From the NCBI GenBank assembly GCA_963771175.1, contig CAVYSY010000011.1:1-64000 (forward strand): a DNA stretch of 64,000 bases, in the 5' to 3' direction. Positions 10,853 to 21,928 of this stretch are shown here, in pieces. The position numbers and the translations under genes were made by a program. Origin of the DNA: an uncultured delta proteobacterium (GTDB lineage: Bacteria > Myxococcota > Myxococcia > Myxococcales > Myxococcaceae). The notes beneath the pieces were generated by a model. The model searched no databases. It was not told the DNA's origin and saw only the letters and a list, made by a program, of their open reading frames with translations. How positions within the stretch are numbered: the stretch's first letter is position 1; each line of letters starts with the position of its first letter.

Positions 10853-13800
10853 ATGAGGACTCCCGCCTACCTCTCCGCCGTGCTGGTGGTGGCACTGGCC
10901 GCGTCCTCCGCCCCGGCGCAGGAGGGGCGCTTCGACGTGCAGGCCCTCCGGCCGCTGGGCGCGCCCCAGGATGTGGTGGCGGTGGGCCAGTCCCGTGCGC
11001 TGTCGCCCCACTCGGTGTCGGCCGGGGCCTTCCTCCACTTCTCGCTGGAGCCGCTGGTGCTGGTGGCGCGCGGCAGCGACGTGAAGGCGCTGAGCGTGGT
11101 GGGATCGCGGCTGCAGTTGGACCTGCTGGCCTCGGTGGGGGTGATGGAGGGAGTGGAGGTAGGCCTCACCGCGCCGCTGGTGCTGGCACAGGGCTCGGAC
11201 AACCTGGAGGCCCTGGGCACCGAGGGCGCGGTGCGCTCCTTCGCCCTGGGAGACGTGCGCCTGCGCGGCAAGGTGGTGGTGCCCGGGCTGAGGCGGCGAG
11301 CCGAGGACTCGGGGTGGGGCGCCGCGCTCACCCTGGGGGTGGGGCTGCCCACGGGCACGCCGGAGGCCTTCGCCGGAGAGGGAGCCCTCACGTGGACGCC
11401 GGGCGCGGTGGTGGACTACCGCTTCGACTCGGGGGCGCTGCTGGCCCTGGACGCGGGGCTGTGGCTGCGCCCGACACATGAGTTTCTCGGTGTGCGCTGG
11501 GGGAACGCGGCGACGCTGGGGCTTGGGCGCGGAGGTGCCCATTGTGCGCGGCCTGGGGGTGACGGCCGTGGGCACCCTCACCGGCAGCACGCCGCTGGAG
11601 GGGTGGAGGGCAGGGGCGCGGCAGGTGCCCGTGGAGGGGTTGGTGGGGCTGCGCTGGTACAGCCCCACGGGCCTCACCTTCACGGTGGGGGCGGGAGGCG
11701 GGTGCGGCTGCTCGCTGACGGCGCCCACGCTGCGCCTCGTCTCCTCGGTGGTGTGGGTGCCCTACCGGAGCACCGAATGGCATGCGCTGGAGCGCTACAA
11801 GCAGCCCCCGCACCAGCAGCCGCAACGGCCTCCCGCCCCACCTCCCGCCGCGCCCGTGGACGCGGACGGAGACTCCGTCATTGGAGCGGCGGACAGGTGC
11901 CCGGAGGAAGCGGGGCCGGTGGAGAACGGGGGCTGCCCGGACGCGGACGAGGACGGGGACGGGGTGGTGGACAGGCGGGACGCGTGCCCCCGCCACGCGG
12001 CGGGCCCCCGAGGGCGCGAGGGTTGCCCGTGGGTGCGCCTGGAGGCGGGGCACCTGGTGCCACTGGAGCCGGTGCGCTTCGCCACCGGACAGGAGGTGCT
12101 ACGGCCCGAGGCGCTGCCCCTGGTGGAGGAGTTGGCGGCGCTGCTGCTGGCCCACCCCGAGGTGCAGCGCGTGCGGGTGGAGGCCAGCGCGGACACGGCC
12201 ACGAGCGAGGCGCTGGCCCTGTCGCGGCGCCGGGCCGCCCGAGTGCGGCGCCACCTGCTGGAGCGCGGCGTGGCCGAGGAGCGGTTGTGCGCGATGGGCC
12301 GGAGCGGCGTGGAGGGAGAGGCGGGCCAGCGCCTCGCCTTCGTCGTGGAGCCGCCGACAAAGGGCCCGCCGCCGCCCTGTCCCGGCGAGGCGAGCACCGG
12401 CACCTCACTTCCAGCCGAGGTGCTGGAGGGGACGAGGGAGGTACACGCCGGGGCGTGGAAGGCGGTGCGCGGGCTGAAGCGGACAGGCGCGTGGCTGGCG
12501 CTGGGCCTGCGGGTGGAGGGCGAGCGGGTGCGACTGCTGGGTGTACAGCGGCACGAGGGCACGGGCGCGGAGGCGGGCCCGGTGGAGGCGGAGGACTTCC
12601 GCCACCTGCTGGAATGGGCCCTGTACCGCTACGCGAGGGGGCAGAAAGGCGAGGTGGTGCTGACGCTGCGGCGGGGCGAGGGCGTGTGGCTGGAGGAGGT
12701 GGAGTCCACCGGCCCGGTGCTCGTGGCCACCGCGCCCCAAGCCCCCTACGAGGCCTTCCTGCGCCAGCAGGGGGAGAAGCTCCAGGCGCTCTCCGAGACG
12801 GCGCGGCAGGAGGGCCGCACGGCACTGAAGAAGCTGGAGGGCTGGCTGCTGCTACAACCGGAGGCGGCGCTGGAGAAGGCCCCCTCGCCCCTGGATCGCT
12901 ACGTGGCGCTGCTGGAGGAGGAGAAGCAGCGCGAGGTGCGCTGGCAAGCCGTGCAGCGCAAGCTGGCCGAGTACGAGGCGTGGGGCAGGGCGTTGCTGGA
13001 CACCTACGCCCCGCCCGCGCGCTACCTGGAGCCGGGCTACCGCCTCACCGAGTCCCCCCTGCGCGAGCGCTCCGTGTGGGCCCTGGGCAACGCCACCCTG
13101 GCCTGGGCCTACGCCCACACCGAGGACCCGGACTTCCTGAAACGCAGCCCCGAGGAGGTGGCCCTCTACCTGCTGGCCAGCCGCTCCGCGCTGGCCACGG
13201 CGGTGCACCTGGGCCGTCTGGCGCCGGTGGAACTCGACTACAACGAGGCCTTCGACCCGGAGGTGTACACCGCCGAGGAGTTGGCGGTGGAGCTGCTGGT
13301 GGGCCTGACGCCGGGGGCGGGCGAGGTGACGGACGCCCACGCGGCCTTCTCCGGCCACAGCCTCTCGGGCCACCGACTCACCGACACCGAGCGGCTGGTG
13401 TGCGCGGTGGGCGTGCTGGTGCCCTTCGTGGGCGGCAGGGCGTTGCTGGAAGCGGGCGAGGAGGGCGTGCAGCGACTCGCCCTGCTCACCGGCCGGGGCC
13501 TGGACGAGGTGCGGGTGCTCTCGCGCGTGGCCGCGCACCTGTCGCCCGCGGACGCGAAGGAGATGGAGCGCCTGCTGGCGGCGGCCTCCAAGGGCCACTC
13601 CTTCAGCGAGGAGGAGGTGGAATTCCTCCAGCGGGTGGCACGTGGGCTGGAGGCGCCACTGCGAGAGGCGGCCCGGTCCCTGCGAGAGGGACAGAAGGTG
13701 ACGCTGCTGGGGGTGCGCACGCTGCCGGACGGGAGCCGACTGCTGCCGGGCACTCCCGCGCACAAGGCGCAGCGGTGGGTGGACTACCAGTTCCGCCACC

Positions 13801-14267
13801 CGGAGAAGTACCGCCGCTTCTCCTTCCAACCGGACGCGGAGTGGGAGCGCATGTATGAAACCATCCTCAAGAACCGGCCGGCGGGCAACGCCTTCGAGGA
13901 CGCCATCCTCCAGGCCCACAAGTACGAGCGCAACAGCGCGATGCTGATGCCGCCACCGGGCAGCGGCGCCCAGGGCTTCATTCCCGACGCGGTGAAGGGC
14001 AACCCGGCGGACCTGGTGTGGGGCCAGCCCTACCCCTTCGTCGAGGCCAAGGCTCGCAAGGAACTGTCCTTCTCCGGAAATCTCAAGGCCATGATTGAGT
14101 ACGTGGAGAAGTACGGTGGCCATCTCGAATTCTGGGTCCGCTCCGCCCGGCATCCCGATGGAGCAACACGTCTTTCAGGACCGCTCCTCCAACGCTTGGA
14201 TCGCTTGAAGAGATCTGGCAGGGCAAGCGTGAAGGCCGTACCCATGATGCACATCCTCACACCATGA
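10853..14267 (+). CDS. TraB/OmpA-like outer-membrane protein fused to a pre-toxin TG domain and a C-terminal PD-(D/E)xK nuclease-like toxin; one frameshift near 11525
   Basis: Signal peptide, beta-strand-rich region, TSP3 repeats (DADGDSV..ADRCP, DEDGDGVVDRRDACP), OmpA_C (VRFATG, LSRRRA), PT-TG-like (LLVGLTPGAGEVTDAHAAFSGHSLSGHRLTDTER), nuclease motifs GNAFE / IPDAV / FVEAK. Confidence 0.75.
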
Positions 14268-14297
14268 TTCACGCACTCAAAGCTCCAACCGCCCGCA

Positions 14298-15103
14298 ATG
14301 CCCATCAAGTATTTCGACACCCATATAAGTCTTCCTCCCGAACCACCTCACGGGAGAACACGTGAGAGAGTTCCTTGACCTCGTCCTTCGCAGGTATCGG
14401 TGGTTTGAAGCGAGACGCTATGGCATGCCGACCTGGACAAACCGATCGACCCGGATCGTCTCGACCTCAACCCACTGGTCGCCTATTTCGAGGAGCGCCA
14501 CTACCTGTGCGTCGCCGCCAAGACAGATAGGGACTTCATCTGGTTCTCGCCCGCTCCCGCTGACGCTCCGCCCTACGTAGGCGACAATCTCCTGGACGAC
14601 CTCCGCCAGTTCGGCGTCCAAAGCCTCCTGGCGTGCAGCCCATGCGCAGCAGGTGGCCGAGCTCATGCGCCTCGTCCAGTCTCCTCTGGCTCTGGCCGGG
14701 TTGGATACGGACCTCCACTCCAAGCAGCGGCGGCTCATTCCCAAGAGCATTCCCATGGAGGGAGGAAAGGACTTCACCTACTCGGAACAGGTAGTTCACC
14801 GTGCGCGACTACAGTGAAGGACTCCCGGGGCTCGTCTGGCGCAACTTCTACGGGCCGCCCTTCGTGCGCATGTTCGGCGAGCGACTCAATACGCTCCCTC
14901 CCGAATGCCGCCAGCCGCTCGGCGAGGACATCGTCCTCGTCCAGCCCTACAAGCTGCCCGCCGAGGCCGGCACCGAGGCGGGTATTGCTCGGGAGCGTGA
15001 GCTCATCTCCCTGCTCGGCCCCGAGTGCTTCTACGACCACGAGCGCCTCACCCTGCCCACCCGCCGCCCCGTACTGGACGCGCTCGGCCAGCCTCTTCAT
15101 TGA
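14298..15103 (+). CDS. Putative immunity protein (about 4 frameshifts)
   Basis: Joined frames: MPIKYFDTH../VREFLDLVLRRYRWFEARRYG/..YFEERHYLCVAAKTDRDFIWF../..AHAQQVAELMRLV../VRDYSEGLPGLVWRNFYGPPFVRMFG...; lies directly after the toxin tip. Confidence 0.6.
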
Positions 15104-15324
15104 TAAGTGTCCACTGGTGTGAAAAGGCACTGCCCTCCAGTGCGTGTACGTACAGGCATCCACTCCCCGATCAAAAGCACCCTGCCTAGCTTGGGCTTCC
15201 AGAGTTGCTGCTGGATTTCCCGACCACGCGGGACGGCCGGAGTTTCCGGGCACCACGGGCTTTCGTTGGCGGGAAGGCGGTGGACGGTGTTTGGCGAGAG
15301 ATACCTGCGCACGGCGGAGGGGCA

Positions 15325-16446
15325 ATGAAGGGCAAGCACATCCTCATCACGGGTGGGGCGGGGTTCATCGGCTCGCACCTGGCGGACCAACTGATTGAGC
15401 GAGGACACCGCGTCCGGGTGCTCGACTGTCTCCTGCCGCAGGTGCATGGCGAGGGCCAGCGCCGGCCGGACTACCTCCACCCGGATGTGGAGCTGTGGGT
15501 GGGCGACGTGCGCGACCCCGAGGCCGTCCGTCAGGCGTTGGAGGGGGTGGACGCCGTCTACCACTTCGCGGCGGCCGTCGGCGTGGGCCAGAGCATGTAT
15601 GAGATTGCCCACTACACGTCGGTGAACAACATGGGCACCGCGGTGCTGCTGGAGGCGCTGATGAAGCGCCCGGTGCAGCGGCTCGTCGTGGCCTCCAGCA
15701 TGAGCGTGTACGGCGAGGGCCTCTTCCGCACCTCGAGCGGGCAGCTCGTGCCGGGCACGGACCGCACCCGCGAGCAGCTCCAGTCGGGCCAGTGGGAGCT
15801 GCTGGACGCCAGGGGCAGTCCGCTCTACCCGGTGCCCACGCCCGAGGCGAAGCAGCCGGCGCTCTCCTCCGTGTACGCGCTCTCCAAGTACGACCAGGAG
15901 CGCCTGTGCCTCGTCTTCGGCAAGGCCTACAACATCCCCACGGTCGCGCTGCGCTTCTTCAACGTGTACGGCCCGCGCCAGGCGCTCTCCAACCCGTACA
16001 CCGGCGTGCTGGCCATCTTCGCCTCGCGCCTGCTCAACGACAAAGCGCCCCTCATCTTCGAGGACGGCTACCAGCAGCGCGATTTCGTCAGCGTGCATGA
16101 CATCGCGCGTGGCTGCCGGCTGGCCCTGGATGCGCCCGCGGCCGCCGGGGGCGTCTTCAACATCGGCAGCGGCCATCCCGTCACGGTGCGAGAGGTGGCG
16201 GCTCATGTGGCCGAGGTCATGGGCAAGCCGCACATCCGTCCCGAGGTGACCGGCAAGTACCGCGTGGGTGACGTGCGTCACTGCTTCGCGGACATCTCGC
16301 TGGCCCGCGCGGTGCTCGGCTACGAGCCCCAGGTCTCCTTCCACCAGGGTCTGGCCGAGCTGGCCGGGTGGCTCGAGGGGCAGGTGGCCACGGACCATGT
16401 CGACGAGGCGCGCGCGGAGCTGGAGCTCAGGGGGTTGACGGTATGA
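15325..16446 (+). CDS. NAD-dependent epimerase/dehydratase (dTDP-L-rhamnose 4-epimerase-like)
   Basis: TGGAGFIGSH, VGVGQSMY, SSMSVYG, YALSK, NVYGP. Confidence 0.9.
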   Translation: MKGKHILITGGAGFIGSHLADQLIERGHRVRVLDCLLPQVHGEGQRRPDYLHPDVELWVGDVRDPEAVRQALEGVDAVYHFAAAVGVGQSMYEIAHYTSVNNMGTAVLLEALMKRPVQRLVVASSMSVYGEGLFRTSSGQLVPGTDRTREQLQSGQWELLDARGSPLYPVPTPEAKQPALSSVYALSKYDQERLCLVFGKAYNIPTVALRFFNVYGPRQALSNPYTGVLAIFASRLLNDKAPLIFEDGYQQRDFVSVHDIARGCRLALDAPAAAGGVFNIGSGHPVTVREVAAHVAEVMGKPHIRPEVTGKYRVGDVRHCFADISLARAVLGYEPQVSFHQGLAELAGWLEGQVATDHVDEARAELELRGLTV

Positions 16447-18491
16447 CCGGGGTGAAGGGTGAGGGGCAGGGGAACGAGCTCCAACCCGGGGCGGGCCGCA
16501 TCGGGCTGGTGGAGTCCTTCGCGGTGGGCGACCACGCGAAGGTGGAGCGCGCGCTGGAGCTGTTGCGCTCGCTCGGGGTGACGGAGCTGCGCACGGAGGT
16601 GTCCTGGGCGGATGCCGCCACTCCCGAGGGAGAGGCCTGGTACGGCTGGCTGCTGCCGCGTCTGGCCAGGCAGGTGCGGCTGGTGCCGTGCTTTACCGGC
16701 ACGCCCACCTCGCTCGGCGTGGAGCCCCGGCGCAACGCACCGCCTCGCGAGGCCCGCGCCTTCGGGGACTTCGTCGAGTCCTTCCTCGCGCGCCACGGTC
16801 GTCACTTCGAGTGGGTGGAGCTGTGGAACACGCCCGGCACGCTGGCCTCCTATGACTGGAGGTTGGATCCGGAGTGGGAGACGTTCTCCGCCCTGGTGGC
16901 GGACGGGGCCCATCGGGCGCGCGCCGCGGGCAAGAAGGTGGTGCTCGGCGGGACGATGGACGCGCTGTGGCTCGCGTGCGTGCTGGACCGCGCGGGGGCG
17001 GACACCTTCGACGCGGTGGCCGTGCAGGGCTACCCGGGCTTGGAGGCGGTGGCCTTCAAGGGGTGGGAGGAGTGGCTGGCGCCCATCCGCATGGTGCTCG
17101 CGGGGCACCGCTCCAATGCGGCGGTGTGGCTGACGACGGGCTACTCCACCTGGCGCTACGACGAGAAGCAGCAGCTCTCCGCCTTCCTCGACGCGACGGC
17201 GGCCCCGGTGGAGCGCATGTACTGGTGCTCGCTGCGAGATGCCGAGGTGGACGTGGAGTCCTCGGAGGCCCCGGCCGACGAGCGCACCCTCCACTTCGGC
17301 ATGGTGCGCGAGGACGGCTCGCCGAAGCTGCTCTTCCGCCTGTGGGCGGAGCACGGCCTCTCGGGTCTGCCCGAGCAGAAGCGCGGTCTCGAGCCCCCCT
17401 ACCGGCGCTCGCGCCCGGAGCGCCAGGTGGTCGTCTTCGGCGGCGCCGGTTTCATCGGTGCCAACGTGGCCCACCGCTACCTGGAGGACGGGAGGCGGGT
17501 GCTCGTCTATGACAACCTCAGCCGCCCCGGCGTGGAGCGCAACCTGCGCTGGCTCAAGGCGCGGCACGGCGCGCGGGTGGACGTGCAGGTGGCGGACATC
17601 CGGGACGCCCACTCGGTGCGCCAGGCGGTGCGCCATGCCGAGGAGGTATTCCACTTCTCCGCCCAGGTGGCCGTCACCACCAGTCTCTCCGACCCGGTGC
17701 ACGACTTCTCGGTGAATGCCCGCGGCACCCTCAACGTGCTGGAGGCGGTGCGGGCGCGCGAGACGCCTCCGCCGCTCGTCTTCACCTCCACCAACAAGGT
17801 GTACGGCGGCCTGCCGGGTCTTCGCTTCGCGCCCAACGGCCGGCGCTACGAGCCGGTGGAGCTGGAGGTGCGTGGCAGGGGCATCAGCGAGGAGCAACCG
17901 CTCGACTTCGAGAGCCCCTACGGCTGCTCCAAGGGCGCGGCGGACCAGTACGTGCTGGACTACGCGCGCACCTGGAGCCTGCCCCTCGCCGTGTTCCGCA
18001 TGAGCTGCATCTACGGCCCGCGGCAGTTCGGCACCGAGGATCAGGGCTGGGTGGCCCACTTCCTCATCCGCGCCCTGCAGCGGCAGCCCATCACCCTCTA
18101 CGGGGACGGCATGCAGGTGCGCGACATCCTCTTCGTGGAGGACCTGGTGCGCGCCTTCCAGCTTGCGATGGCCAACATGAGCCGGCTGGGGGGTCAGGTG
18201 TTCAACATCGGTGGGGGCCCCCAGCGGACGGTGAGCCTGCTGGAGGTGTTGGATCTCATCGGTGAGCTCACGGGCCAGACGCCCCAGGTGAAGTTCGAGG
18301 GTTGGCGGACGGGGGACCAGCGCTACTACGTGTCCGATACGCGCAGGTTCCAGGCAGCGACCGGCTGGGCGCCGCGGGTGGAGGTGCGCGAAGGCGTGAC
18401 GCGGCTCCACGCGTGGCTGCGGGACATGTGGGAGGGGACGGTGCAACGGACGCTCAACAGGCAGGAGGCACGTGAAGCCATCCACGGATAG
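16443..18491 (+). CDS. GH-A-like TIM-barrel domain fused to a CDP-paratose 2-epimerase-like SDR
   Basis: N-half 'LGVTELRTEVSWAD', 'VELWNTP', 'HFGMVREDGSPK'; C-half GGAGFIG, AQVAVTTS, STNKVYG, SPYGCSK, GTEDQGW. Confidence 0.85.
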   Translation: MTGVKGEGQGNELQPGAGRIGLVESFAVGDHAKVERALELLRSLGVTELRTEVSWADAATPEGEAWYGWLLPRLARQVRLVPCFTGTPTSLGVEPRRNAPPREARAFGDFVESFLARHGRHFEWVELWNTPGTLASYDWRLDPEWETFSALVADGAHRARAAGKKVVLGGTMDALWLACVLDRAGADTFDAVAVQGYPGLEAVAFKGWEEWLAPIRMVLAGHRSNAAVWLTTGYSTWRYDEKQQLSAFLDATAAPVERMYWCSLRDAEVDVESSEAPADERTLHFGMVREDGSPKLLFRLWAEHGLSGLPEQKRGLEPPYRRSRPERQVVVFGGAGFIGANVAHRYLEDGRRVLVYDNLSRPGVERNLRWLKARHGARVDVQVADIRDAHSVRQAVRHAEEVFHFSAQVAVTTSLSDPVHDFSVNARGTLNVLEAVRARETPPPLVFTSTNKVYGGLPGLRFAPNGRRYEPVELEVRGRGISEEQPLDFESPYGCSKGAADQYVLDYARTWSLPLAVFRMSCIYGPRQFGTEDQGWVAHFLIRALQRQPITLYGDGMQVRDILFVEDLVRAFQLAMANMSRLGGQVFNIGGGPQRTVSLLEVLDLIGELTGQTPQVKFEGWRTGDQRYYVSDTRRFQAATGWAPRVEVREGVTRLHAWLRDMWEGTVQRTLNRQEAREAIHG

Positions 18492-19652
18492 CGCCGTACC
18501 TGCCCGCCGCGGAGGTCCGCCGGGTGCTGATGACCGCCGACACCGTCGGCGGGGTGTGGACGTACGCACTGGAGCTGAGCCGGGCACTGGCGACCCGCGG
18601 TGTGTCGGTGACCCTGGCCACCATGGGCTCGCCCCTCTCCGAGGCGCAATGGGCCGAGGCCCGCGCCGTCCCCGGACTCAGCGTCGAGCAGAGCACCTGG
18701 CAGCTGGAGTGGATGGATGACCCCTGGGAGGACGTGAAGGCCGCCGGGGACTGGCTGCTGGAATTGGAGGCGCGCGTCCAGCCCGACGTGGTGCACCTCA
18801 ACGGCTACTGCCACGGCGCGCTGCCGTGGAAGCGCAAGCCGCTCATGGTGGGCCACTCGTGTGTCCTCTCGTGGTGGGAGGCGGTGAAGGGGGAGCAGGC
18901 CCCGGAGCGTTACTCGCGCTACCGCTGGGAGGTGGCGCGGGGCCTGCGCGCCGCCGGCCATGTGGTGGCCCCCACCGCCGCCATGTTGCAGGCCCTGGTG
19001 ACGCACTATGGGCCGCTGCGCTCGGCGGGTGTCATTTCCAACGCTCGCCGCCCCGAGGACTTCCCTCCCGGCAATGTGCGCGAGCCCCTCATCCTCGCCG
19101 CGGGCCGGTTGTGGGACGAGGCGAAGAACGTGTCCGCGCTGGAGGCCGTGGCGCCCCGGCTGGACTGGCCGGTGCTCGTGGCGGGCGATACCCGAGCACC
19201 CCTCCGGCGGCGTGGTGCGCTCGCGCTGCGTGCGCATGCTGGGCAAACTGTCGCCGAGAGAACTGGCCAGACACATGGGCCGCGCCTCCGTCTACGCCCT
19301 GCCCGCGCGCTACGAGCCCTTCGGCCTGTCCGCCCTGGAGGCCGCGCTCGCCGGGTGCGCGCTGGTGCTGGGGGACATCCCCTCCCTGCGCGAGGTCTGG
19401 GAGGACGCGGCCGTCTTCGTTCCACCAGATGACACCGACACGCTCATGCGCGCCCTCCGACGGCTGGTGACGGAGCCCGTGCTCTGCAATCGGATGTCCA
19501 CCCTTGCACGGACGCGTGCATTGCGCTTCTCCCCAGAGCGCCAGGCGGATGCCTACCTTGCGGCGTATGCCTACCTTGCGGCGTATGCCGAGCTGGACCG
19601 TTCGTCCAGGGAGGCCCCTCCCGCCCCGCCCCAACTGGCGAGCGCGACCTGA
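18472..19652 (+). CDS. Glycosyltransferase family 4 (frameshifts near 18510 and 19195)
   Basis: TADTVGGVW, AGRLWDEAKN, then YEPFGLSALEAALAG and GDIPSLRE in another frame. Confidence 0.85.
19549..19589 (+). repeat. 18-bp in-frame tandem duplication (AYLAAY x2)
   Basis: ATGCCTACCTTGCGGCGT x2 followed by ATGCC. Confidence 0.9.
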
Positions 19653-19669
19653 GCGGAGACTTTTGAACG

Positions 19670-20809
19670 ATGCGCGTCGTCCTCTTCTGCCACTCGCTCC
19701 TGTCGGACTGGAACCACGGCAACGCCCATTTCCTGCGAGGCGTCGTCACCGAGCTCGCTGAACGGGGCGCGGACCTCCAGGTGTACGAGCCGCGAAACGC
19801 CTGGAGCCTGGAGAACCTCCTGGCCGAGCGCGGGGGAGAGGAGGTGCTGGAGGCGGTGAGGCTCGTCTACCCGCGCGTCCGGCCCCACCGCTACGCGCTG
19901 GAGTCGCTGGACCTGGGGGCCGTGCTGGACGGGGCGGACCTGGTCATCGTCCACGAGTGGAGCGAGCCGGAGTTGGTGCACCGCGTCGGTCAGGCGCGTG
20001 CGCGCGGCGGGCGCTTCAAGCTGCTCTTCCATGACACCCACCACCGCAGCGTCACCGCGCCGCACGAGATGGCCCGGTACGACCTGACGCACTACGACGG
20101 GGTGCTGGCCTTCGGCGACGTCATCCGCCGGCTGTACCTGGAGCGCGGCTGGGCGCGCCACGCCTGGACGTGGCACGAGGCCGCCGACGTGCGCGTCTTC
20201 CGCCCGGAGCCCGGGGCCCGGCTGGAGGAGGACCTCGTCTGGGTGGGCAACTGGGGTGACGACGAGCGCACCGCGGAGCTGCACGAGTTCCTGCTCGGCC
20301 CGGTGAAGCGGCTGGGGCTGAAGGCGCGGGTACACGGGGTGCGCTACCCGAACGAGGCGAAGGCGGCGCTGGCGGAGGCCGGCATCACCTACGGTGGGTG
20401 GCTGCCCAACCACGAGGCGCCGAGGGCCTTCGCCCGGGCGCTCATGACGGTGCACGTGCCCCGCCGGCCCTATGTCACCGCGCTGCCGGGCATCCCCACC
20501 ATCCGCCCCTTCGAGGCGCTCGCGTGTGGGATTCCCCTGGTGTGCTCGCCCTGGGAGGACGCCGAGCACCTGTTCTCCCCGGGCCTGGACTTCCTCGTGG
20601 CCAGGGATGGCGCGCAGATGGAGCGCCACCTCGCCGCGCTCCGGGAGGACGCGGGCCTGCGGCGGGCACTCGCCGAGCACGGGCGGCGGACGATTCTGGC
20701 GCGCCATACCTGCGCGCATCGGGTGGAGGAGCTCCTCGGCATCTGCCGGGAGCTGGGCGTCGAGACTGGCTCGCTCGAGCCGGTCGCACAGGAAAGGGTT
20801 ACCGCATGA
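19670..20809 (+). CDS. CgeB family glycosyltransferase-like protein 1
   Basis: SDWNHGNAHFLRG, HDTHHR, WHEAAD, RPFEALACG, HTCAHR. Confidence 0.85.
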   Translation: MRVVLFCHSLLSDWNHGNAHFLRGVVTELAERGADLQVYEPRNAWSLENLLAERGGEEVLEAVRLVYPRVRPHRYALESLDLGAVLDGADLVIVHEWSEPELVHRVGQARARGGRFKLLFHDTHHRSVTAPHEMARYDLTHYDGVLAFGDVIRRLYLERGWARHAWTWHEAADVRVFRPEPGARLEEDLVWVGNWGDDERTAELHEFLLGPVKRLGLKARVHGVRYPNEAKAALAEAGITYGGWLPNHEAPRAFARALMTVHVPRRPYVTALPGIPTIRPFEALACGIPLVCSPWEDAEHLFSPGLDFLVARDGAQMERHLAALREDAGLRRALAEHGRRTILARHTCAHRVEELLGICRELGVETGSLEPVAQERVTA

Positions 20810-21928
20810 GCAGCCACGGACTTCGGATCGCCTTCTTCGGCTCGAGCCTCGTCTCGGCCTACTGGAACGGGGCCGCTACCTACTATCGAGGCCTCATCCG
20901 CGCCCTCCATGCGCGCGGCCACCGCGTCACCTTCTATGAGCCGGACGCCTATGACCGGCAGAAACACCGGGACCTGCCCACGGACCCGGACTGGGCGCGC
21001 GTGGTGGTGTACTCGGCCGAGGGCACCGACGGACTGGACCGGTGCCTGGAGGACGCGCGCGGCGCCGACGTGGTGGTGAAGGCCAGCGGCGTGGGCGTCT
21101 TCGACGAGCTGCTGGAGGCCCGGGTGTTGGACCTGAAGTCCGGTCACACCCAGGTCGTCTTCTGGGACGTGGACGCGCCGGCCACCCTGGAGCGGATGGA
21201 GAAGAACCCGAACGACCCGTTCCGCGCGCTGGTGCCCCGCTACGACCGCGTCCTCACCTACGGCGGCGGCGACCCGGTGGTGCTCGCCTACAAGGACTTC
21301 GGGGCGCGCGAGTGCGTCCCCATCTACAACGCGCTGGACCCGGACACCCACCACCCGGTGGCGCCGAATCCCCGCTTCGACTGCGACCTGGCCTTCCTGG
21401 GCAACCGGCTGCCGGACCGGGAGCGGCGCGTGGAGTCCTTCTTCCTCCGGGCCGCGGAGCTGCTGCCGGAGAAGAGCTTCCTGCTGGGAGGCAGTGGCTG
21501 GGGGGACCGGGACCTGCCGCCCAACGTGAAGTACGTGGGCCACGTCTACACGCAGGACCACAACGCCCTCAACTGCACGGCGCGCTCGGTGCTCAACATC
21601 AGCCGCGACAGCATGGCGCGCTTCGGCTTCTCGCCGGCCACGCGCGTCTTCGAGGCCGCCGGCGCGGGCTCCTGCATCATCACCGACAAGTGGCAGGGCA
21701 TCGAGCTCTTCCTCGAGCCGGGCTCGCGAGTGCCTCGTGGCGGAGGACGGACTGGAGGTGGCCGAGGCGGTGCTGTGCCTCACGGACGAGGGGGTCCGGC
21801 AGCTCGGGCAGGCGGCGCGTCGGCGCGTGCTGGCCGAACACACGTACGCGCACCGCGCGGTGCAGGTGGAGCAGGCGCTGGGCTATTCGTCGGGCGTGGG
21901 GGCCTCCACGCAGGAGCAGGTGGCCTGA
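20806..21928 (+). CDS. CgeB family glycosyltransferase-like protein 2 (frameshift near 21725)
   Basis: SAYWNGAATYYRG, WDVDAP, RVFEAAGAG, HTYAHRA. Confidence 0.85.
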
